From contig OZ024743.1 of assembly GCA_964016885.1 (NCBI GenBank), positions 270,506,001 to 270,570,000 of the forward strand: 64,000 nucleotides of DNA, written 5' to 3'. Below are positions 54,075 through 64,000 of this stretch, piece after piece; positions within the stretch are counted from its first letter, which is position 1, and every line of letters starts with the position of its first letter. A program made the translations under genes and the position numbers. Source of the stretch: Eledone cirrhosa (taxonomy: Eukaryota). A model generated the notes under the pieces. That model was not told the DNA's origin, searched no databases, and saw only the letters and a list, made by a program, of their open reading frames with translations.

Positions 54075-54553
54075 CATATATATATATATGTATGTATGTG
54101 CATTAGATATGCACATACATACACATATATATATATATGTATGTATATATGTGCATATCTAGTGCACACATATATATATATATATATAGGCTTATGTTTT
54201 TTTGTACTCTTGTCTGTCGTGGCCATGTCTGTATGTGTCTATGTGGTGCTAGCATTTGTGTGTGTATGTATGGTAAGTGTAAGTATGTGTGTGTATGTGT
54301 GTGTATGTGATGCTGACATGTGTGTGTAAGTGATGCTGGCATGTGTTTGTGTATGTGATGCTAGCATTTGTGTGTGTATGTGTGTGTGTATGTGTGCGTG
54401 TGATGCTAGCATGTCTGTGTATGTGTGCGTGTGATGCTAGCATGTGTGTGTGTGATGCTAGCATGTGTGTGTGTATGATGCTAGCATGTGTGTGTGTGAT
54501 GCTAGCATGTGTGTGTGTGTGATGCTAGCATGTGTGTGTGTGTGATGGTATCA

Positions 54554-54591
<38 letters not shown>

Positions 54592-54627
54592 CGTGTGTGT
54601 GATGGTATCATGTGTGTGCGTGTGTGT

Positions 54628-54674
<47 letters not shown>

Positions 54675-54703
54675 CGTGTGTGTGTGTGTGTGTGTGTGCG
54701 TGC

Positions 54704-54758
<55 letters not shown>

Positions 54759-55429
54759 AGGATATATCTATACATGTATAGATACATTCTGTACAACTTG
54801 GCTTTGAAAGAAAAATAAATCTGTTAACGAACCAGAATTGTAGGTATATATGGCTGCACATTTCTATGTATATGTGTGTGTGCTTGCCAACACATATGCA
54901 TGTGTGCCTCTGCATGCATGTGCACGCGCGCTCATGTGTGTGTGAGAGAGAGTTTGTGGGTGAATGTCCGTGGTTATGTCTGTATGTGTATATATATATA
55001 TATATACATTTGTCAATTCGTAATGGGCGAATCTGAAATTAGTGTCATGGCGACTGTGAGGTGAAATAGCAATAGAGACGTGGGGATGCGTGTTAAGATG
55101 TCGTGCGTTGTGGTGTAGTGTGGTATGGAGAGGAGTTGTCTGGAGTGTGTGGTGACGTGGGGTGAAATGATCTAAATGGGATTCGATTCCGCTCGAATTC
55201 GATCAGCAAGCTACGTGATGTGTGTAAATGTGCTTGTAATTTAAAAGCAGTGGAAATTTAGTGATAGAGAGGGTGGGGGCTATAGTTAGCTATTGCACAC
55301 GTGACTCTCATTCACTGTGTCATGATGGACGCCATTACTGTAACATGATGTATGTGTCTGTCTTCATCACAATGTGTGTGCGTTTATGTATCTTTTTACA
55401 TGTGTATATACATGTACACACACTCACCC

Positions 55430-55492
<63 letters not shown>

Positions 55493-56024
55493 GGTATATA
55501 TATATATACATAATACATATGTATACACACACACACACACACACACATACATTCTATATACAGAGATACATGCATACATGTCGTTTTTATATTATAACAT
55601 ATAATAATAAAAATCATTAACTGAGTATATTCAAGAAGTAGAGTTATATTTCTTTTTTAAAAAAACTGACAGCGACTTCGAAGTTAAACTAAATTGAATT
55701 TAATTTCACAGCAGCCATCTTTGTTACGGTCTAACGTACATCCATTCACAACTTTACACAGACAAACAAACAAACCAACACACAATTCACACACAAACAC
55801 ACACACAGACGCATGCCCAGATTCACACATATCCACTTCAAATTTACATGGATTATCTCCCTTTCAAATCCTCTCTACTATCTAAGACACGCTCGAACCA
55901 GCATTTCCTCAAAATGGCTGACTGAAAACGCGTGATTTTTCTCCCAACATTTCTTTTCGGTCTTTTTTTTTTTCCCTTTCTCACTCTTCTGTATCTTTGT
56001 TTCTTCTTTTATTTCTTATTCTAT

Positions 56025-56058
56025 CTGCTGATGAAAGACTAACGTCCGATACGTTATG
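56025..56058 (+). ncRNA. Degenerate minimal hammerhead (GAAACGT family)
   Basis: CTGATGA-aaGAC-taac-GTCc-GATACGT-T (GAAA mutated). Confidence 0.5.
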
Positions 56059-56145
56059 ATTTTTCCTACTACATCAATCGTTAGACTAATATATATCTTA
56101 ATTACACCGTATTATTTGCTTCGTAATTTTCGCATATATATATAT

Positions 56146-56274
56146 TCCTGATGATTTCTCCCGAATGAAACAGTTCTAGTCCTGTAGAAGCCATTTCTAT
56201 ATTAAATATTTGTACTCTGCTATGTATTGAGTACCTTACTTACTGTGGTTACCCCCGAGTGAACCCGAGATAAA

Positions 56275-56277
<3 letters not shown>
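56146..56277 (+). mobile_element. (TA)n-flanked HHR module (44465 family)
   Basis: Starts at CTGATGATTTCTCCCGAATGAAACAGTT; reverse complement of 44465-44594. Confidence 0.75.
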
Positions 56278-56352
<75 letters not shown>

Positions 56353-56769
56353 CATAGTAATAAAGAAGGATCGCAGTTACAGTTAAACATATTTTATTCG
56401 TAATTACGCGAATGATGGTGTCTGAGCCATAAGCATTTACGCAATAGTTCAATAACTGTGCGATGTTCGTATATCTTCATTGCTTCTGGTGAACAAATGA
56501 AATCCAGAATCGAGTTGCATGTTAATGAACTATTGCGTAAATAATTATAGACCAAAGCTGGTCATTTGCGAAATACGTGTTACGCGTGATTAAAAATGAA
56601 ATATGTTGAATTGAAGCTTTGATCACTCTTAATACAAAGGCTTTGCATCGTACGCTAATAACAAGCGGATATCGGTATTAATCGCAACTTTTAATACTAA
56701 AAATCCAATTCACATACAAGCATTGAATACTGGGACCGGTATCACCTGTAGTAATTTGTGTTAATTATC

Positions 56770-56819
<50 letters not shown>

Positions 56820-56884
56820 GGGGGGGGGCTGTGTGTGTGCATGTGTGTGTTTGTGTATATATATGTTTATATATATATATATAT

Positions 56885-57165
56885 ACATATGTGTGGGAGT
56901 GTGTGTGGAGGTGCCACGGCAGAAAAGCACCCAGCCCACACTGTAAAGTGGACGTGTAGGCGCCACGGAAAAAAAGCACCCAGCACTCATTGTAAGTGAG
57001 GTTGGTGTTAGGAAGGGCATCCAGCTGTAGAAATCAAGCCAGAATCAGTTCCTGTATGCGCAAGACAAGGTCACCCGACTGGACACTGCCCACAACAGGA
57101 CAACCCGTCTAACCCATGCTAGAGTGAAAGAACGGACGTAAAACGATGATGATGATGGTGATGAT
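56885..57165 (+). mobile_element. SINE 3' portion with (GAT)n tail
   Basis: GGTTGGTGTTAGGAAGGGCATCCAGCTGTAGAA...AACCCGTCTAACCCATGC...CGGACGTAAAACGATGATGATG. Confidence 0.55.
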
Positions 57166-57186
57166 GTATGTATACATCTGTTTATG

Positions 57187-57373
<187 letters not shown>

Positions 57374-57639
57374 CAAGCTATTGATAGATCCGTTTAACGA
57401 TAGAAAGTTTTTAAATTGAAAGTAGTCAGTAGCATCAACGTTGTTTAACTATGAAAAATAGTCTAATAAGTTGGGTATATAAACACTGGAGGCGGAAAAT
57501 ATTGTACATCACCGGTTATGTGACTCAGACCCACATGTACAATGTACCTTTCACGCTGCTAGCCAATTAGATTAAAGCACCACCGACAAAATGTTCGTTC
57601 TCTGATTGCTGGAGGTCCCCTTAACAGGGACGTACTATG

Positions 57640-60025
57640 AGTAATCTCTGGCTCACGGGTAGACTAGACTTTATGACTTTGTTAAGGAAAGTTTTCTATG
57701 AGATAGTAAACTCTGAAATAAAAACCTGAGGTCTCAGAAGTTTTGCCGTCTGCATTTGAAAAAAAATAAGATACCTTTCAATAATAAGTGTTTACGCTCG
57801 CACAATGTTACATACAGAATAATCTGTTGAACAATTTAACAACGAACTTGGAAAATAAGTAAGAAATGTATCAGCTGTTTATAGGCTGGCAATTATCGAT
57901 GACTTCAACTCCTGGGTTGGATCTGATTTCATATAACCTGCCTTGGGTAAACATGGTGTATGAGAATGTAACCAAAATGGTGTTTCACTTATTGCTATAT
58001 CAACGTTTAATAACAAACACCTTCTGTATGCAGGAAAATAAATATAAAACAACTTAGATGCACCCAAAGTCTAAGGATTGACATCTCGCTGATTATATTT
58101 TAGTTAAAAATTATGGTGTAAAAGTATGTAATGACTGCAGAATAAGGGGGAGCAGAGTGCTGGGCTGAACATCGGCTAGCCAGGGCCAAATTGAACAACC
58201 TAACTATAGCACCAAAAGCTAAACACTCTTTGACAAACGTACCAAAGAAACTTAACGTGACACATTTCAAGTTGTTCGATGCTATCCACCATTTTCTTAG
58301 TGTATTAGATATCATACTTCACCCGAGTAATCGTTGGCACGTTAAGATAAAAGTCTTCCGGAAAGCATCTGAGTCATTTGGTGAGTTGGAGGAGATTCAC
58401 TGACTGGGTTACAGATAACAACCCTGAAAAATGTGACTTAAGAAGAAACAAATCTATGTCAAAAGCTTCTTTCTCGATCAATTAATCCTAATTCTAACGA
58501 CTCTTATAAGTGACTGAAAAGAAAAGTGCAAAATTCTCTGAGAAATATAAGGCACAAGGGGATCGCAAGGATACTAAGGAAAACGTTTATAAATATAATG
58601 AAAGCTCTTCATAAAGAAATGATAGCCTGAGTTAACTTTAGGGGCACATTCTCTGAGTCTTTTGCAGTACAAAGTTGAGTGAAACATGCACCTATTTTCT
58701 TAACAATATATTTTACTACTATGGTATATTATATAAATGTCTTTAATTTAGCTAGAATGAAATTTAAGAGCAAAATATTCACCTCATTAATAAGAGACCT
58801 ACTATATGTTGATGACTGTGACATTGTCAGTCAGATAGATCATTGATTACAATTGTTGATTTCTGTATTTGATTCGGCATGTGATATCTTTGGTTTGACT
58901 ATAGATTTTTTTTTAAAAACGCTAATTTTATGTCAACCTGCACCTAATGAAATTGTCCAGTAACCTAAAATATATGTGAAAGGTTATCTTCTTAAGGTTA
59001 GTGAATCCTTCATATAACGTTGGAGAGCAGTGAATATAGATAGAATATTGGGTTCAGAAACATCTCTTAGGATTCAAAAGGCAGCGAAATCTTTTCGTGG
59101 TTTAGAATCTCAGATCTGATAAAAAAAGCATCTGTTTATAAATCCTTTGTGTTATCCTCTCTTCTTTAATCCTCTGGAAGATGGAAACAAAAATATTTGT
59201 TTATAAATCCTTTGTATTATCCTCTCTTCTGTATTCTTCTGAAACTTGGGCGTGTTACAAACATCACTTCAGACTCCTGGAACGATTCCATCAAAAATGT
59301 ATACACCCTATTCTGTAAATAAAATGGAGATCGTTTACTCCCGTCTCTGGCGTTCTAACTGCATCTGGTATTTGTTCCATCCAGGCAATATTTAAAAAAA
59401 AACAACTGCGGTGGTTTGGACATATTGTTTGGACATACTGTTCGCATGACTGACGAGCGTACCCCTAACCTATTTTATGGTAAACTTGTTTAGGGAAAAG
59501 GAGAGTGTAAGCCAAAGAAAATAATTAAGGATGTATTAAAAGAGAGCTTGAATATAAGGAATTGATAAAAGAAAAACCCTGGAAGGTCTCGCAGCGGATA
59601 GCTTTAAGATGTGAAAACAGTTAAACAAAGCGGGTTGATATTAAGGAAGAAATAAGAAATAAAGAATCAGATATAAGATATGAAATTAATGGAACGTTTT
59701 CTACTTGTACAGTTTGGGGTAAAAATCAGCATGTTAGTGGCTGGGCTTATATCTCAGATAAGAGTACACAATAAGGCATTTCTTGCTGACTATCAATGCC
59801 ACATGTTCCACGAGATCTGTAATTCCTAAGGACGGATCTGTAATTCCTAAGGACGTTCGTCAAAATCATACAACACAGACATTTCAAGTTTCACCAAAAC
59901 TAATGTGCAATTTATGTGGACACGTTTTAAAAGTATGTCTAGTCAAAAGCCGCATAAAATTTCATTTTAAAACTAAACATTATCTACAGTGAAGTGGTCA
60001 ATCTTGGTATTGAGCAAACAACCAA
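57640..60025 (+). pseudogene. Old, internally deleted RTE (BovB-like) LINE
   Basis: GAECWAEHRLARAKL, PKKLNV, IRDLLYVDDC, YSSETW, LERFHQKC, QLRWFGHI, VRMTDER, terminal CNLC; many stops and frameshifts. Confidence 0.7.
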
Positions 60026-60365
60026 TATATACATGTATATATACATATATAAATGATGGCTACATCTCGATTTCGAGAATTGCCATCACTTGAACCATTT
60101 CTCACTCATGGATGGCACGGACATGACTTTTTAGCCCTTCCAGATTCTGGTTAATTTTCTCCATGAAAGTTAACCAGGAATCTTTTTTAAATCTTCCCAC
60201 CGAAGTTAACAAATAACTTACTAGATCTACAAAACCAAATTATAAAATTATAATATCATATAATTGTTTAGAACTACAAGTGAAGTCATTCTTTTCCTTT
60301 TTTCAAATATACCTAACTGTACCAAGGATTTCACACATTTTCCAAATTATATATATATATATATA

Positions 60366-60780
60366 TAGTATAAAAGAGAAAACACAGGTAAGCATTAAGA
60401 GAAGGATTTTATCCAGGTATTTACGACCGTTTCATTGGTAAATGCAACCTTATATTGCTATACTGCAAATAGCAGCCACTTTATTATAATTGTTGTTCAC
60501 AGTCCAAATTTTCAAAATAGTGAGTAAGTTACTCTTGAAATACATTTGCAGTATACCAATATAAGGTTGCACTTACCAATGAAACGGTCGTAAATACCTG
60601 GATAAAATCCTTCTCTTAATGCTTACCTGTGTTTTCTCTTTTATACTTTATACTCCAAGATTGAACGGAATTCTTACAAACTTGTGGAGTTACCCCTAAC
60701 CGTACGTTGAAACCATCCATGAAACTGGCTCTCTTAACCACGAACTGGATCACAATAAGCAATTTTCTGCTTCCCTAACT
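60366..60780. mobile_element. Fold-back module; minus arm has a U3-A8 HHR-like core with long loop II (60424-60515)
   Basis: IR ~60368-60470 / 60544-60646; minus strand TTGAAAA-tTTGG...CCAAt-GAA-ACGGT-C; (TA)n flanks. Confidence 0.65.
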
Positions 60781-60797
60781 ATATATATATATATATA

Positions 60798-61243
<446 letters not shown>

Positions 61244-61799
61244 TAATTATATAGTAATAATTTATTATATAGTAATAATTTATTTTAGGGTAGAAGTAGT
61301 AAACAATGGGGGTGTATAGCGAGAGGGGGGTGGGTAGTAGATTTTCTATATGATTAGTACGACTAGTAGTAAATGATCTAGTGAATTGGCTGTTAAGGTG
61401 AAGGTCATTAATACAAACAATTAATAACATAATGTTACTTTTTGCAAGCATGATCTTGTTTTGTTTTCTTAGTCAATTTGTCTTTTGTCGTTGTTTTTCT
61501 TTCGTTTTTTGTTTTGTTTTGTTTTTTTCATATTATAGTATTGTGTATAGGTGAATATGATCTGTATACTGATAATGAATAGAAGGCCATCTTGGATGAA
61601 CGATCATTTATACAGTGTTACGCTGTCGAGGTTATGTCTGCTTCGCCCTGTATAGTAAACAAATATTAAAATAGTTACATGGCATTTCATGGCCAAAACA
61701 TTAGAGAAAAGAGGTGAGATAGCTACAGAATCTGAGAGAGAAAGACACATAGAGGGAAACAGATAGACAGGCTGGTAGAGAGGCAGATAGATAGATAGT

Positions 61800-61856
<57 letters not shown>

Positions 61857-62105
61857 GGGGAGAAGGGAAGAGACAGAAAGAAGGGACAATAGAGGGAAAT
61901 AGAGTGTCAGTCGGAGTGAGGAGGAGATACAGATAGTGATATGTAGAATGGGAGAAATATATATTTATATAAACATATATATGTGTGTGTGTGTGTGTGT
62001 GTGTTTGTGTGTACGTGTGTGTGTGTGTGTGTGTGTGTGTACACACACATACATACATACATACATTCATACATACATACATACATACATACATACATAC
62101 ATACA

Positions 62106-62136
<31 letters not shown>

Positions 62137-62647
62137 TACATACATAGAGAGTGACGAATAGAAAGAGCGAAAGAAAATGGGAGTGGATTTATAATTATAC
62201 GTTAGTGTTATCTGTATACTGACCTTCAAGAAATAATATGTAAATTCTCTGAAATCACACTTTAAAGTTTAATGAAAAGGAAATATGCGACAATGTGCAA
62301 TACAAAGAGACATGGCGGTCACATGATGGTCACCACTTGATGGTTAGTTCATGATGATCACAACAGAATGGTCACGATAGAATGGTCACGAAAAGTTGGC
62401 CATATCTTTGATAATAGGTTTATTCATTTCGGACTGACATGGTCTAAACAACTTTGGTTCCGGATACTAAATAAGATAAGCTTTCACATATATAAGATAA
62501 GTTGAAAAACCTCGACTAACCGAGATTGCACATTCTAGTAAATAAATATACATTCCTTTTATAGAGGTATAGAGGTTTAAATGCTGTAAACAACAAGCAA
62601 ATTCTTGCATTAAATATTAACAAACTAGTATATATATATATATATAA

Positions 62648-64000
62648 AATTATCAATCTAACTAGTGCAGAACCAACACCCAACCTTATCAACTTACTCT
62701 CCAAAGGTCTTAAATTCACACCGACCCCACTACGTCCTAACTACTATGAAATGAAGGAAGACATCACATACTTCTGTAGAAAGTTACGACTCAGTGAAGA
62801 ACTATTTGACCAGTACAATGAGGATGAATCATTAGCCAGAAATAGAAGCAATTACACCCCATCAAAAGGTAGAATAAAATCCTGGACGAATTCTGTGAAC
62901 ACATCACAAACTTCCTTTACCAACACTTGCACAGACAAAAACACAAGCCAAACCTCAACAAGAAAGAATGGAAAGAATTAAATAGATTAAAACCGACAGA
63001 ACCATTACAATTAAAGGGAGTACAGTAGTCCTAATGGAGACAGAATTCTATATCAACTTAGCGCTCTCCACTTTGGAAAACCAAACATACTACGAAAAGG
63101 CTGAACACTACAATCAACAGAAAATTATGAGAAACCTAAAAACTCTGATCAACCAATACAAAGAAGGACTCACTAACAAGGAATTCAGCTTCATCACAGA
63201 CTTCACAAGTAAATCCAGCCTTTTCTACGGTATCCCTAAAGTACATAAAAGCGAATTAATAAGTAAGGCATGCAAGGAAGCCACAGACATAGTCATCAAT
63301 GTCCCCTCACCCAATGATCTCAAATTAAGATCTGTAATAGCAGGCCCCGCTTGCGAAACCCACCGCGTTAGCAACTTCATTGATACCCTTCTCAAGCCTT
63401 TTCTCAAACACATCAAAAGCTATATAAGGGACGACCTAGATATGCTCAACCACCTCCCTAATATGCCCCTTTCTGAACAAACCCTACTAGTGACGTTCGA
63501 TGTAGTCAACCTATACTCCAACATCCCCCACAACCTAGGAATAGAAGTTATCCAATTCTGGCTGGATAATTACCACAATGAACTCCCACAACGCATCAAA
63601 AAAGAATTCTTGATAGAGGGACTCAAATTTATCTTGTAGAACAATTACTTCGTTTTCAATAACAAACCCTACAGGCAGAAATCTGGGACCGCTATGGGAA
63701 CGAAAACAGCCCCCACTTATGCCAACCTAGTCATGGGATACCTGGAAATCACCTTCTACACTAAAGTACTAAACAAATTTGGAAACACTCTCCACTTACA
63801 CATAGAAAAGAACTGGAAGCGATATCTAGATGACTGCTTCATCCTTTGGCACGAAAACATCGAGAAACTTAAGGAATTTCACACCCTTATAAATGGGCTC
63901 AACACGAATATTAACTTCACGATGGAATACAGCCATCAAAAACTCCCCTTCCTCGACATCCTCATTAAGATCCATAACAAAAAAATAGAAACAGACATAT
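62648..64000 (+). pseudogene. Penelope-like element RT (runs off window)
   Basis: LLSKGLKFTPTP, FYGIPKVHK, SYIRD, TFDVVNLYSNIPH, in-frame TAG at 63637, GTAMGTKTAPTYANL, WKRYLDDCF, LPFLDI; starts directly after (TA)n. Confidence 0.92.

Overview
AT-rich, microsatellite-saturated animal genomic DNA. The SINE family and repeat style suggest a mollusc, probably an octopus or other cephalopod (inference). No host protein-coding exon can be supported; most of the supplied ORFs are translations of (TA)n, (CA)n, (GAA)n and similar tracts. The real content is mobile DNA: one nearly full CR1/L2-group LINE ORF (APE+RT, catalytic FADD changed to FADN), four Penelope-like element (PLE) remnants, CRE-like, R4/Dong-like and RTE LINE fragments, many tRNA-derived SINEs, several MITEs, and a 28S rRNA fragment. 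The main unexplained signal is a dense set of short non-coding modules, mostly embedded in or abutting (TA)n, that carry type-I hammerhead ribozyme (HHR) cores. I read about 18 cores in several families. Variants include palindromic stem III, U3-A8 core covariants, U·U-closed stem II, and a two-copy family whose stem II carries an ~80-nt branched insertion. Many modules occur as fold-back pairs pivoting at or near the ribozyme. All structures were read by eye; coordinates of degenerate elements are approximate.
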